Source: Octopus vulgaris
Lineage: Eukaryota
DNA length: 64,000 nucleotides
Direction of reading: 5' to 3'
NCBI GenBank assembly: GCA_951406725.2
Contig: OX597825.1
Span: 10,168,001-10,232,000 of the forward strand
Numbering within the stretch: the stretch's first letter is position 1; every line of letters starts with the position of its first letter. Under the pieces are notes generated by a model, which was not told where the DNA came from, made no database searches, and saw only the letters and a program-made list of their open reading frames with translations. Below, piece by piece: positions 1 to 16,133 of the stretch. The position numbers and the translations under genes are program-made.

Positions 1-3000
1 CCACTGTGTGGCATCTTGGGCAAGTGTCTTCTACTATAGCCTCGGGCTGACCAATGCCTTGTGAGTGGATTTGGTAGAAGGAAACTGAAAGAAGCCTGTC
101 ATATATATGTATATATATGTGTGTGTGTGTTTGTGTGTCTGTGTTTGTCCCCCTAGCATTGCTTGACAACCGATGCTGGTGTGTTTACGTCCCCGTCACT
201 TAGCGGTTCGGCAAAAAAGACCGATAGAATAAGTACTGGGCTTACAAAGAATAAGTCCTGGGGTCGATTTGCTCGACTAAAGGTGGTGCTTCAGCATGGC
301 CGCAGTCAAATGACGGAAACAAGTAAAAGATTAAAGAGTAAAGAGAGTAGGAGTGGCTGTGTGGTAAGTAGCTTGCTTACGAACCACATGGTTCGGGATT
401 CAGTCCCGCTGTGTGGCACCTTGGGCAAGTGTCTTCTACTATAGCCTCGAGCTGACCAAAGCCTTGTGAGTGGATTTGGTAGAAGGAAAGTGGATGGCCC
501 TGCCTGTGGATGGCCATGCCAGTGGAATGCCTTTGATCAAAGGTCTGCTGATTCATGGTTCACCTCTGACAAAACAAACAATAACATTCTAAAGTGAACA
601 GCGATGGCTTGATACATCTGTTAACGTAGACATTTTTAATACATATTAATTACAAAGGATAGGACACACTCTGCTGTCTCTCGTTAATTTCTCTCCTGTC
701 AACTTTTCCTTAAAGATGGACTGTGTCCAAAACATTGGATCTTCCAATCTTCACACCAAGTTCAGTGAACTCTTTTTGTCAGTTTATCACCACAACCACA
801 ACCAGTCTCTCGGGAGTCTGATTATGATACATTGCAAAAATACATGTACAAATATATCATTTACATTTAATTTTTTATTATCTTAACAATTATATAGCAA
901 GTGTAGTATATACATTTTCCATCCTTGCTAAACATACATACACTTATATTATTATTTTGTGCACAATTACACCAATGACACAGACTTCTTTTAGCCGAGT
1001 GTGTCAAAAATTTCATTTTATTAATAAACTTGTTTTGAAAATATCAATTACATGTTTTACAAATACTTGAGATTTTGATAAGTGCTTTGAGGTAAGCCTT
1101 TTATTATAAGAAGCCTCCTTTTTTAAAATTTTTTAGTCAAAGGTTTTCACATTTCACTAGAAAGAAAATAAATTTGTGGTACATCAGTACTGACACATGG
1201 GTTATTCATGAGATATATCTCAGACAGTAAAACTCTGATTTGTATTGTTTCACTGCTGAGGTAGTCAAACAACTTCAGCAGTTATTTATCCATGAACGGT
1301 TGATCGGTGAAGCATATCCAGAAACTGAAAAATATTTTACTGCGGAACATGGTTGTAAGATTTTTTTTTTACCCGGTCTGCACATGCTTTCTGATGTATA
1401 TCATTATTGAAGCTTATCTACTAAAAAGATTACAAGGATAATCCTAATCCTTCGTAACTTGTTAACCAACCTTATTATCATGGTTGTTCAGCTGTGTGTG
1501 TTGGCATCAATTCCAGATATGCTGCGACTATTGCAGAATTACATACGACTTGTATTGATCCCCATCATAGAGATATCTCTTGGATATCTCTTGTTATTTA
1601 TCCAATAGTTTTACCCTTTCTTTCTCTCTGTATCTTACTCTTTGTTTCTCTCTTTCTTCCTTTGTGCAAACATATAATAAATGTATCGGTGAGGAGGGGA
1701 GCACTTGTGTGCAAGAGTGTTGTTCAGATAAGGTGGCGAGCTGGCAGAAACGTTAGCACACCAGGCAAAATGCTTAGTGGTATCTCGTCTGCTGCTACGG
1801 TCCGAGTTCAAATTCCGCCGAGCTCAACTTTGCCTTTCATCCTTTCAGGGTCAATTAAATAAGTACCAGTTACGCACTGAGGTTGATACAATCGACTTAA
1901 TCCGTTTGTCTGTCCTTGTTTGTCCTCTCTGTGTTTAGTCCCTTGTGGGTAATAAAGAAATAGGTATTTCTTCTGCCGTTACGTTCTGAGTTGAAATTCC
2001 GCCGAGGTCGACGTTGCCTTTCATCTTTTCAGGGTCGGTTAAATAAATACCAGTTACACACTGGGGTCGATATAATCGACTTAATCCATTTATCTGTCCT
2101 TGTTTGTCCCCTCTGTGTTTAGCCCCTTGCGGGCAGTAAAGAAATAAGAGTGTTGTTCAGATATATGATACAATGGCCTGACTAGATTTTCAACTTAAAA
2201 CCAGATAGTCTGTCATTGGTAACCCAAGATTTTAACCTCTTCCTTATTTCAGGTCACAAAAATATCTAAACTAGAAAATATAGCTTTCAAGTAAGTAATG
2301 GCTAATATAATGACAAACAAATGTAATGTAACTGACAATGACCTAGCAGTGCAAATATGGGACAAGCTAACTAGATGCAGTTCATGGTCAGAAGTATTTG
2401 ATTCCTCAAATGCATAAAAACTTTCATTCTTTTCATTTTGTACTTAGTTGGGCAGATTATCAGTTGGATTAACTAAATTTTAAAACAGGATAAATATGTA
2501 TTTATCGCTTGAATAGATTCAATCAATTGATTGTTTGTGATCAGAAGTTAATAATTATAGGTGCAGGAGTGGCTGTGTGGTAAGTAGCTTGCTTATGAAC
2601 CACATGGTTCTGGGTTCAGTCCCACTGCGTGGCACCTTGGGAAAGTGTCTTCTACTGTAGCCTTGGGCTGACCAAAGCCTTGTGAGTGGATTTGGTAGAT
2701 GGAAACTAAAAGAAGCCTGTCGTATATATGTATATATATATATGTGTGTGTGTGTGTATGTGTTTGTGTGTCTGTGTTTGTCCCCCCACCACCATCACTT
2801 GACAACCAATGCTGGTGTGTATACATCCCCGTAACGATAGAATAAGTACTATAGAATAAGTATAGAATAAGTACTAGGCTTACAAAGAATAAGTCCTGGG
2901 GCCGATTTGCTCAACTATAGGTGGTACTCCAGCATGGCCGCAGTCAAATTACTGAAACAAGTAAAAGAGTAAAAGAGTTAAAATGGCAGCTGGCAAAATC

Positions 3001-4528
3001 GCTAGCATATCAAGCAAAATGCTTAGTCTTCATGTTCTGAATTCAAAGTCTGCCAAGATCAACTCTGCTTTTCATCCCTTCAGGGTCAATAAAATAAGTA
3101 CCAGTTGAATACTGGGGCCCATGTAACTGACTGACACCCCCCCTAAAATTTCTGTGTCAAAATTTGAAACCAATATTCAAAGATTCAGTGATGAGCTGGC
3201 AGAAACGTTAGCACTCCAGGCGAAATGTTTAGCGGTATTTCGTCTGACTTTACGTTCTGAGTTCAAATTCCGCTGAGGTCAACTTTGCCTTTCATTATTT
3301 CAGGGTCAATAAATTAAGTACCAGTTGTGTACTGGGGTCGATCTAATCAAAATTTTGGGTCTTGTGCCTAGAGTAGAAAAGAACATTTTTTAAGGTGGCG
3401 AGCTGGCAGAAACGTTAGCACTCTGGGTGAAATGCTTAGGGATATTTCATCTCTTTACGCTCTGAGTTCAAATTCTGCTGAGGTTGACTTTGCCCTTCAT
3501 CCTTTCGGGATCGATAAATTAAGTACCATATATATATATATATATATATATATACAAAGAGCTTCTACACAGTTTCCATTTACCAAATTTACTCACAAGG
3601 CATTGGTCTGCCTGGGACTGTAGTAGAAGATACGCACTTGCCCAAGGTACCATACAGTAGGACTGAACCCAAGACAACATGGATGCAAAGCAAGGTTCTT
3701 AGCCACTTGGCCATGCCTATGCACTTACGAAAAGTTTCTGATATATAAAATGATGGTGAAAGATTTCAATTGAAATAGAAACACTTTAGATCAGAAACAT
3801 TCATTTCATAGAACTTTGGGTGGGTTGGTATCCAAAGAGGTATAAGATGCCCGACAGAGAAGAAGATTTAGATGTTGTTGTTGCTTTAGCTAAGAGTGGG
3901 ATGGAGAGAAAGAAGGAGAGAGAAAAAGAGAGACAGATAGAGAGAGTGAGTGTGAGACAATCAGCAAAATGATTAAAATTCTGTTGAATTGCCAGACACT
4001 ATAAATTCCGAATGTTTTCATAGCCTACAAACACATAATTCATTAATCTTGTGTCCAATTTGGCAAAATAAATGATAGAATTGCTTAAACTGAGATTCAG
4101 TCAGGGTGTGATGTGGTTGGGGGGTGGGTTCATTGTGGCTGAAAAAGAAACCAATGCTAATTACACATGACTTCTACTGGAATCAATTTACTGCCCAGTA
4201 GAAGGAACTAATTAAAGTTAGTTGTTCGTGCTTAAGGACATAGCACATTGTTAATAACACAAAAGACAAGAGGGTTACACAGCCTTGCATTCTTAGACAA
4301 GACACACAACTCTACTAGTCTCAGTTACTTTGCATAGTGTGATAAAGTTATATTTTACTGTATTAACTATGTGTTTTTTTAATTAATTCCTTTTAACGAT
4401 AAAGCTTTTATACTGTTTTAATTTATAATATTTGAAAATATATTTTGTTTGACAAATCATTATTATTATTATTACCCTTATCATTATTGTTGTTGTTTTT
4501 CTTTTTGTTATTATTATTATTATTATTA

Positions 4529-5027
<499 letters not shown>

Positions 5028-6030
5028 AGAGATATAGTTGTTTGTTCTTATGCTGATAATTTTTGGATTCTCAATATTTTGTATGTGAAGGCGGCGAGCT
5101 GGCAGAAACGTTAGCATGCCGGTCGAATTGCTTAGCAGTATTTCGTCTGTCTTTACATTCTGAGTTCAAATTCTGCTGAGGTCGATTTTGCCTTTTATCC
5201 TTTTGGGGTCAATATATTAAGTACCAGTTGCATACTGGTGTCGATCTAATCGGCTGGCCCCCTCCCAAGAAATTTAGGGCTTTGTGCCTGGAGTAGAAAA
5301 GAATATTATGTATGTTTTCATTTCATTGAATTTTTGTATATTTAGCAATTTAAATTCTTCAGTCAATGATCTCATTCACAAACATAAGTTCTAATTTATT
5401 ATGCTAATTAATGTATAAGAATATGTATGTGTGTCTATATATACATACATACACATATATATATAAATATATATGTGTGTGTATGTATGTATACATGTGT
5501 GTGTGTGTGAATTGTGTACCTGGGTGTGTAGTCATATAGCAATGTTCAATCACAGGAGTGGATGTGTGGTAAGTAGCCTGCTTACCGACCACATGGTTCT
5601 GGGTTCAGCCCCACTACGTGGGATCTTGGGCATGTGTCTTCTAGTATAACCTTGGGCTGACCAAAGCCTTGTGAGTGGAAACTGAAAGAAGCCTGTTCTA
5701 TATATATGTATATACGATGGGCTTGTTTCATGTGAGTAGATTTGGTAGACGGAAACTGAAAGAAGCCCATCATATATATATGTGTGTATGTATGTGTGTT
5801 TATATGTTTGTGTGTCTGTGCTTGTCCCCACAACATCACTTGACGACTGATGCTGGTGTGTTTACATCCACATAACTTAGTGGTTTGGCAAAATAGAATG
5901 ATAGAATAAGTACTGGGCTTACAAAGAATAAGTCCTGGGATCGATTTGCTCAACTAAAACTGGTGCTCCAGCATGGCTGCAGTCAAATGACTGAAACAAG
6001 TAAATGAATCAAAGAATAAAAGAATATATG

Positions 6031-6200
6031 AGAAAAGAGATGACAAAGGAATAAGCAATTACTTTTTGAACTTCATTACCTTACAGCTGTTTCGAAATGT
6101 GATGGGCTCATAGTTGAGTCCACCACATCTTATTGCTGAAACAGCTGTAAGCTAACGATGTTCAAAATGTAATTGTTTATTCTTTTGACATCTATTTTCT
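6031..6200. repeat. Fold-back hairpin element
   Basis: 63-bp imperfect arms (6031-6093 and 6138-6200) plus an inner stem atgtgatgggctca/tgagtccaccacat. Confidence 0.8.
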
Positions 6201-6464
6201 TATTAATGCTCAGCACTTGACTAAAGCCTCATTCAGAGGCATATGTCTATTGAGTTCTAATGAGTTCTAATCTATATATATTAACTTTTACCAGAGGAAG
6301 GTTGACAGTGGCTGCAAAGTTCTGGTTTGATTTCCATCATCGCTATCAATCTAATCATAGTAAAAGGTAATAGAAGAGTGTTTGACTGAAAGTACTGAGC
6401 AATCTTTCAGTTTAAAGAAAAATTGTTTTTAATATATAACTTGATAAAAAAACAGACAACTTAC

Positions 6465-6481
6465 AAACATATATATAAATA

Positions 6482-6523
<42 letters not shown>

Positions 6524-6701
6524 TATGCATATATATATATATGTATATATATACACACATACATATATATTTATACACACACATTTATATTTATACGTCC
6601 AACTCATGCTAGCATGGAAAGCGGACGTTAAACGATGATGATGATGTATGTATATATATGCACATACATACACATGTATATATATGTGTATATATATATG
6701 C

Positions 6702-6738
<37 letters not shown>

Positions 6739-6863
6739 CACATATGTATATATATATATATAATATATATATATACATACACATATGTGTGTATATACAT
6801 ACATATATATACATATATATACACACACACACATATATATATATATATACACACACACACGCA

Positions 6864-6909
<46 letters not shown>

Positions 6910-6911
6910 CA

Positions 6912-6952
<41 letters not shown>

Positions 6953-6985
6953 ATATATATTTATATATATATGTAAATATATTTG

Positions 6986-7021
<36 letters not shown>

Positions 7022-7080
7022 TATATGCATACATACATACATGTATGTATGTATGTATGTATGTATGTATGTATGTATGT
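6465..7080. repeat. Compound (TA)n/(CA)n/(TATG)n microsatellite
   Basis: Direct observation; source of the spurious YIYI ORFs. Confidence 0.95.
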
Positions 7081-7283
7081 GAATATTAACCAAGTGTCTT
7101 TATGTATTTTTGTGATGGCAACTAACAATGTTACAATTTGTATTTGTTGAAATTTTAAGAGATTTCTTTTTTTTTTTTGCATTATTCATAAATCAAGGTT
7201 GAATAAAAATTAAGTTTACAAAAAACATAAAATGTGTGAACCAAATTTTATTATTTTCATCATCATCATTATTATTATTATTA

Positions 7284-7371
<88 letters not shown>

Positions 7372-7782
7372 TAGTGATGGTACATGGCTTAATGTTTATG
7401 GTATTCAGCTCACAATCACGAGGTGGTGGATTCAATTCCTGGTTGAGTATCATGTCCTTTTGTGCAAGGCATTGTATTTCACATTTAAGTCCACTCAGCT
7501 GGCAAATATGAGATGTACCAGTAATTCCAAGGGTCAGCCTTGACACATTCTGTGTCACACTGAATTGTGCTGCATCATCTGAAGCCACTTTTCTGCCAAT
7601 TCTTTAATCCCATACTGATACCAGTTCTTGCTCTTCCAGACAAAGAATTCCTTCTCTGAAGCTTCTGCTTCCTCTCGGTTGATGAGGCATCACAAGTGCA
7701 CGAAGCGGGCCCTGGATAGTAACAAGTAATAATCTGAGGGAAATATTCTTGCACAATCCTGATGTGCATAAGCAGTGATTAA

Positions 7783-8366
7783 GCAAGGGTCAACTTTTGG
7801 AACTTGTCACCAAAAATGGGCATTTCGCACACAAGGTGATGCTCTGTGTCTGGTGGAATTATGAGGGGATTATACACAAGGATGGTCAGACCATTGATGC
7901 TAACCTGTGCTCCAAAAATTTGAAATGGATGTGTTCCACTGTGTGGCAAAAATACTTGGCATTGGTCAACAGAAAACAATTTCTTATGCTACAAGACAAT
8001 GCAAGACCTCATACTTTCTGAATGACCTGGAATAGACTGCAGGAACTTGAGGGAATCGAACTGCAGCCACACCCAGGATATAGTCTGGTCCTAGCTCCCT
8101 TGGATTATTACTTGTTCCGACCCATGGCTCACTTCTTGTGCCCTTGACACTTCATGAACCAAGAAGTGGTAAGAGCTTCAGTGAAGGAGTTCTTTGCTTC
8201 AAAGGACAAGAACTGGTATCCATGTGGGATCCAAGAACTAACAGAAAGGGGACTTCAGACAATGCAACACAATGGCCTCTACTTTGAATGGAAGACTGCT
8301 TTCATTTGACAAATAAAGTAAATAAGTCATCAAAATATTGCAAAACTTTTGACTCAAATCTCTGTA
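7783..8366 (+). mobile_element. Mariner transposase 3' relic
   Basis: KVMLCVWWN, LQDNARPH, HPGYSLVLAPLDYYLF, EFFASKDKNWY; TIR-like end gcaaaacttttgactcaaatctctg|ta. Confidence 0.88.
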
Positions 8367-9269
8367 TCTTGTTCAGAAGTGCAACACAAGATTCCAGTAA
8401 GATCGGAACCCAGGATTAAATGGTCACGAACCCAATGCCTTTACCTCACATCCATTTGCTTTCAGTGGAGGTGCAATGTCCCAGTGGTTAGGGCAGCAGA
8501 CTCACAGTCGTGGGATCATGGTTTCGATTCCCAGACCGGGCATTGTGACTATTTATCGAGTGAAAACACCTAAAGTTCCACGAGGCCCCAAGCAGGGGGT
8601 TGGTGCCGATCCCTGCTATACTCTTTCCCCACAACTCTCCCTAACTCTTTCTCCCTGTTTCTGTTCTACCTGTATTTCAAAGGGGCCATCCTTGTCACAC
8701 TTCGTGTCATGCTGAATCTCCCTCCCCGAGAACTACGTTAAGGGTGCACATGTCTGTGGAGTGCTCAGCCACTTACACATTAATTTCACGAGCAGGCTGT
8801 TCCATCAATCGGATCAACCTGAACCCTTGTCGTCATAACCAACCGAATGCCACGATTTGCTTCCAAATGGTTGAATGTTTTTTCTTTCCTTTATTTAAGC
8901 TTGTTTCATTATGTTTTTCTCTTGTTTCCCTTTCTTTTTATATATTTATTTATTTATTTATTATTTGTTTGTTTATAATTATCTTTGCATTCTAATTATG
9001 CTCAAGCTATTCCATTAATGCAATATTTTATTGATGTTGTTCCAGTAGTAATTATTGTTATTTTTTTTTTGCTCTTGTTGTTGTTGTCGTTGTTGTTGCT
9101 ACTGTTGTAATATTCTAATTTGTTAAGATTTGTTTTACTTTAGTTTTGTTTTTCTTTTATATTTTTATTATATTTTTATTGTATTATTGTTTTCAGCCTT
9201 TGTATATTTTTAGCATGAACTATTATTACACATTAATAAATGATTTCAGTTCATTATTTGCCGGATAAT

Positions 9270-9270
9270 A

Positions 9271-9309
<39 letters not shown>

Positions 9310-9535
9310 CACTACTGTTGCTACCACCATTGCTGCTGCAGCCACCACCACCACCACAGCCACCACCATCGCTTCCACCGCAGCCACCATCACCGCCACC
9401 ACCACTACCACCACTACCACCATCACCACCACTACTACTACTACTACTTCCACCCCAACCACTATAACCACCACCACCACCACCACCACCACTACTGCTA
9501 CTACTACTGCTACTACTACTGCTACTACTACTGCA

Positions 9536-9631
<96 letters not shown>

Positions 9632-9650
9632 GCTACTACTACTACTATTC
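9270..9650. repeat. Compound (CTA)n/(CCA)n/(CTG)n microsatellite
   Basis: Direct observation. Confidence 0.95.
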
Positions 9651-11351
9651 AAACTCCCTGAATGTCTCTTTATGTTGCGTATTGTAGAACGCCCCTAGTT
9701 ACTCATGAACTAATTACTGGCTTCACACCATCCGCAAACATACACACACAAACACATAAACACACACAGACAAAGGAATACATACCACACATCACACACA
9801 TCATGTACGAACACACACACACACACAAATATATATATATGCATATACACAGAAGAATGAATACATCCTCACACATCATGTACACCACACACATATTTCT
9901 AATATTTCTTTATGTATTATTCTTATTATGCAATTTGTGCTGCTGCACCACACAGATATTGAGCCATTGTCTGTGGCGCTGCCATAGTTCTGGTTGTAAC
10001 ATTTGTTAATGATGGCTGGCAGATTCTTTTAATCATCATCATCTTGGTCATCCGTCAGAGCAACAAGAACCTTTTGATGACTTGTTTAATCTTTTAGTAT
10101 TCGGATTATTTTGTCACATACAATGGTTTCAAATTTTACCACAAGGGCACCACCAATTTTTGGGGAGAGAATGAGATGATTACATTGCCCCCCACCAATG
10201 ATCAACTGGAATTTATTTTATTGACCCCGAAAGGATGAAAAGTAAAGTCGACCTTGGCAGAATTTGAACTCAGAATGTTATGACGGGTGAAATACCTATT
10301 TCTTTACTACCCACAAGGAGCTAAACACAGAGAGGACAAACAAAGACAGACAAACGGATTAAGTCGATTATATCGACCCCAGTGCATAACTGGTACTTAT
10401 TTAATCGACCCCGAAAGGATGAAAGGCAAAGTCGACCTCGGCGGAATTTGAACTCAGAACATAGCTACAGACGAAATACTGCAAAGCATTTCGCCCGGCA
10501 TGCTAACGTTTCTACCAGCTCATCAGCTCGTCAGCTCGATGGGTGAAATACTGATAAGCATTTTGTCCAACACACTATGGGTTCTGCCAGCATGCTGCCT
10601 TTATTCAGTCAAATCTAATGCTTATTTATTACCATTGTTTTGAATTAATCATGCATTATCCTATGGCTTCAAGATTATGCCCTTGTCTATGTTTAGAAGG
10701 ACATTGTAGGGTAGGTGTGAGAAGTTGGATCTGGGCAGTTTGAACATAAAAGAAGCAGAACATTTTGGCTGGATATGGCCTGTTTAAATGCTAAAGAGTT
10801 AAAGTGATGAAGTAATGCACACTATCAACCTCACTCTCTCATCCCTGACCATCTTCGATCCAGTGGCAAGACCAGGGACGGAGATGGATGCAGCGGATGG
10901 CCCCAGTGTCTCAATTGCCTCATCTTGCTCTCTGCCCTCCACAATAAGTTGCTGTTGTTATCTTCCCCTTTCTTGGACAATAACGGTCTCTTCTGTAGAG
11001 TGGCTGCCAAATCTAGTCTTCACATACATAGGTAGGAAAACCCTAAAGAGCCAATTAACCTATACCTGGGACATTGACAGGGGTTTGGAGTCAGTGTCAA
11101 CCTTGGAACAATAGTAGTCAACTGGTAGTTCCACATTTCTAAAAACATTGGAAATTCCTGCAGCAAGGCCCCAGGACTGGATGCAGCATAAAGTCATACT
11201 CAGGACATTTAACTGTGAATGATTGACCCTTCTTTTCCAGCAATACAATCCCCTAAAGTTTTTGGTACTTGTCATCCTGGCTTAACTTTCCAATAGATTT
11301 ACGATAATATTTTGGCATCAAACACTAGGATATTCAAAACCAATGAGAAGA

Positions 11352-11445
<94 letters not shown>

Positions 11446-12139
11446 ACACACACACACACGTACACATACATACAAGATTAAAATTCATGAACTAAAGTAG
11501 AACAATCAATTCAATTGTAGAGTAGAATATACGAAGATAAGAAAACTATTGATTATGCATTAGTCATATGCATTACTCATATGCATTAGTCACATCGTTT
11601 TATCTTGACAGGTTTAGTCAAACAGACCAAACCCAGTACTTATTTTTAAGTTTGGTACTATTTTTCTCACTCTTTTTGCCCAAACAACTGTTTTATGGGG
11701 ATGTAAACAAGCCAACAAAGGTTGTTGAGCAATGGTGAGAGGACAAACACAAAGACACATATTTATATACATATGATTATGAAGATGATGATGATTATGA
11801 TGATGATGATGATGATGATAGTGATGATGATGATGATGATGGTGATGATGGCAATTCCTCGTAGTTCCAGAAAGACAGTTCTGCAATTTCCCTGCAGAAC
11901 AACCTGCATAAATGAATAGTGTGCAGTGACCAAATGCATGTGTTGCGCATTAGCTTACAGCCTCCGTCAAATCGATATTACCTGGACAGGTGTGCATTGT
12001 ATCACACGTCAGGTGTCAAAGTGATTGAAGAACAATGTAAGATGAAGTCTTTTCCTAAATAACACAATGCCCCACCTGGTGCAGGAGTTGAAACCCCAAA
12101 CTTGCGATCATAAGTGCAACACCTTAACCATTAGGTCAT

Positions 12140-12610
12140 GCACTCTCATATACATACATGCATAATGCATACATATATACATACATATACATACATAATG
12201 CATACATGTATACATACATATACATGCATATACATACAAACATGCATACATAATGCATACATACATACATGCATACATACATACATGCATACATACATAC
12301 ATACATATACATGCATACATACATACATGCATAATGCATACATATATACATACATATACATACATAATGCATACATGTATACATGCATATACATACATAT
12401 ACATACATACATGCATACATAATGCATACATACATACATGCATACATACATGCATACATACATATACATGCATACATATACATACATATGCATGCATACA
12501 TACATGCATACAATCATACATGCATGCATATACACACATGCATACACACATACATACACATACATGCATACATATATATATACATGCATACACATACACA
12601 CACATACATA
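12140..12610. repeat. (TACA)/(TGCA) compound satellite
   Basis: Direct observation. Confidence 0.9.
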
Positions 12611-14570
12611 TGTCAAGGACAAATGACTGAGATCTATGGCAATATTCTGTGCTTGAGAAGAAAACCCATCAAGGAAAATGAAATTGTAGTCATGGCAGGT
12701 ACTGGTGTCACACAAATGGCACCCATGTCAGTGGCACATAAAAGCACCCATTACACTCTCAGAGTGGATGGCATTAGGAAGGGCATCCAGCTGTAGAAAC
12801 CATGCCAAATCAGACTGGAGTCTGGTGCAGTCCCTCAGCTTACCAGCCCTGGTCAAACCATCCAACACATGTCAACATGGACAACAGACGCTAAATGATG
12901 ATGATGATGATGATATATAGTATCTGGCAGAATTGCTAGTATATCAGACAAAATGCTTTGTAGCATTTCTTCCAACATTCTGAGTTCAAATCACGCTGAC
13001 ATCATTTTTGCCTTTCATCCCTTTTAGGTTCATAAAATAAAGTACCAGTCAAATACTGAGCAAGCTAACATGGTCAGCTTTTGCCCTCCCCTTAAAATTG
13101 CTAGCCTTGTATCTAATGTACACATTTGTAATTAAATTATTGAGCATTAAACGAAACAGCTGTAAAGAAACAAAGACGACTAATTTGTTAATAATAAATA
13201 ACTGCTAACTTCTTTATCTCTATTTTCTTTTCTTCTTTTAACTATATATATATATCCTCATCATCATCATCATCATCATCGATTAACGTCCGTTTTCCAT
13301 GCTAGCATGGGTTGGATGGTTCGACTGGGGTCTAAGAAGCCAGAAGGCTGCACCAGGTTCCAGTCTGATCTGGCAGTGTTTCTACAGCTGGATGCACTTT
13401 CTAATGCCAACCGCTCCGTGAGTGTAGTGGGTGCTTTTTACATGCCACCAGCACAGGTGCCAGGCGAGGCCGGCAACGGCCGCAATCGGGTGGTTACGTA
13501 CCACCGGCACGGAATCCAGTCAACATGGCACTGGCATCGGCCACGTTCGGATGGTGCTTTTTACGTACCACCGGCACGGAAGCCAGTCAACGTGGCACTG
13601 GCATCGGCCACGTTCGGATGGTGCTTTTTACATGCCACCAGCACAGGGATCACAACTACAATTTCCATTGATTTTTGATGTTGATGTACTTGACTCAATA
13701 GGTCTCCTCAAGCACAGGGTCGAAACGTTTCTTTACTTGCCACCTGCACAGGAGTCAGTCCAGCAGCACTGGCAACTGCTGGGTGCCAGTCATAGGATTG
13801 GTTCAATTTCGATTCCGATTTCACTTGCCCAAACAGGTCTTCACAAGCAGAGTTTAGTGTCCACTGGCACACACACACACTCACATAATGCCTATATATA
13901 TGCATTTGCACAAGCACAAATCATTCATGCACCACACACTACATATTTCATACATGTCAGAAATTATGCATGTTACTTATAAATCTATGTTGCTAAGTTA
14001 TGTTTTGTTGCTAATATCAATGTAACCGTTGCTATCATCAACTGCACCATGCTTTACTAACGATCCATAATCTATATTTCAGGGTCATTAACAATCCACG
14101 CTTGAGGAAGTGGCTCAACGAGATTGAATATTTCAATACTAGTTTCATTCTCTCAGAACATGAATGAACTCCACATAATCTTCCATCTCCACTGAGCATC
14201 GTTTGATTAACTTCACTCAGTGTTTCTGAAAACACATTAATATGATACACTCACACACATACAAATCTAGTACACACACTCACATGAACACACACGCGTA
14301 TGCACATACACACACACACACAATAATATCAACACAGCATGAATGGATAAATATTCTTTATTTTTGGATTAACAAGGCTGACATTGAGTGACCCTTGAGA
14401 GAGATTAGCACCGACATTCCTTGTGGCAGGCATGAAACTAATGGTAGCCTCGTTAACCCACAGATAAAGTATATATAAATATATATATATGTGCATATCA
14501 GTGTGTGTGTATAAGTATATATATGCACATTCACATATATATATGCACACATATATATACATATGTATAC

Positions 14571-14616
<46 letters not shown>

Positions 14617-14787
14617 CATAAATATATATACAACTAATTTTCAGGAGTGCATAGGACAAGTCCATCTCATCAGATGCTCCTATCTGAGTCAAACTAAAAT
14701 ATATAACGCCTACCAAATCTGTGAAGCACTATTTTCTTTCATCTGTTAACTCATATATGTATGAAGACATATACATGCATACATACA

Positions 14788-14833
<46 letters not shown>

Positions 14834-15056
14834 CACACATATACATATATGTACATATGATATATAAAAAAATATAAGGAGTGTGTTGCATTACATAAAT
14901 ATTTCAAGGATTTTTTATAAAAACATAAGAACTGGTAAATTTTCCGTGTTTTTGTTAATTTTTTCAAGTTGTTATGTTTTTATATAAAGTTTATATATAT
15001 ATATAAAATCTTCTCTCCAACTATTAAAACTGTATCAAGGAATTTCCAAAATACTC

Positions 15057-15096
<40 letters not shown>

Positions 15097-15707
15097 TAGA
15101 TAGATAGATAGATAGATATAGATATAGATATAGATATAGATATATACACATTTGCACATACATGTACATAAACACACACATATTTATATAAATATATCAC
15201 GATGTATGTTTGTCGTATGCAAGATAAACTGGGTTACATATCTGAACAAAGGTTCCACTTGATTATATTTTTTCATCGACTGAAATATTCACAAGATCTA
15301 GAAAACATAACTATCGAAAACCAGTCAATTTACAATGAATTTTGCACCTTTTCTCACAAACACACTCTGTAATAAATCATTTACTATTCATCACACGTTG
15401 AGAAAACCTGTTGGATGAATAGCTATTTGTGTTAGACACCAACTGCATAACTTTGCCAAATGCAATTTAAATAGCACTGTTGTTAGCTGATTGTTCTCAA
15501 CTAAAAAGCCATGTATGGATATATGCTGGTGAAAGACTGAAAACTAAAAAAGGAAATCTCACGAAGAGCACTGTATTGCTCTAGATATTAAATTCATCAT
15601 TCCCAATGATTCAGAAGTGTGTAACTCAACTCTTTTCTATGAAGCATTTAAATACAGATAAGGGGTATTGTAAATATATACACGTATATGTTTGAATATA
15701 TATATTA

Positions 15708-16045
15708 CTAGCAGCATAGCCCAGCGTTGCTCGGGCTTGTTTTCTTTTCAACCCTTTAGAATTGGAATTTTTGAAAAGTAAGAATTGTGCATTATGTAGC
15801 TTGTTATTCTCTTTAAGTAAACATTTTTCTGGTTGAAATACACCGAAAAATGACGACACAGCAGTCAAAAAATCGTAAAAAATAAGGATTTTCATAGAAT
15901 AAAAGCACTTTTTTGATGTAAATAGTTTTTGGTGTTAACATGGTCCAATTTGAATTTTCTCTTCTACGGAAGGAAGAGCAAGCCTTCTTCTATCATACTC
16001 TCAATTTGGGTCAACATGCATCACAGGGTCTCGGAGGAGATAGTA
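15708..16045 (-). mobile_element. Non-autonomous Helitron-type element
   Basis: Minus-strand 3' end hairpin cccgagcaacgctggg followed by CTAG|T; other boundary approximate. Confidence 0.6.
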
Positions 16046-16072
16046 TACACACATACATACATATGTATATGT

Positions 16073-16133
<61 letters not shown>

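Noticed and set aside
6423-7182. Long [12 protein letters not shown] ORFs here and at ~12100-12800, 14300-16300 and 28074-28712
   Set aside because: They are translations of dinucleotide and tetranucleotide microsatellites, open in many frames on both strands, with no domain content.
9226-9652. Poly-S/G and poly-P ORFs
   Set aside because: Trinucleotide microsatellite with no flanking coding signal.
10815-11330. Higher-complexity segment with short ORFs on both strands
   Set aside because: No recognisable protein. A faint LINE RT resemblance (DAKILS) is too weak to call.
14038-14250. Possible minus-strand exon with a ttttcag acceptor; a similar case at 19299-19460
   Set aside because: No homology recognised and no chain of compatible exons. 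RNA-seq would be needed.
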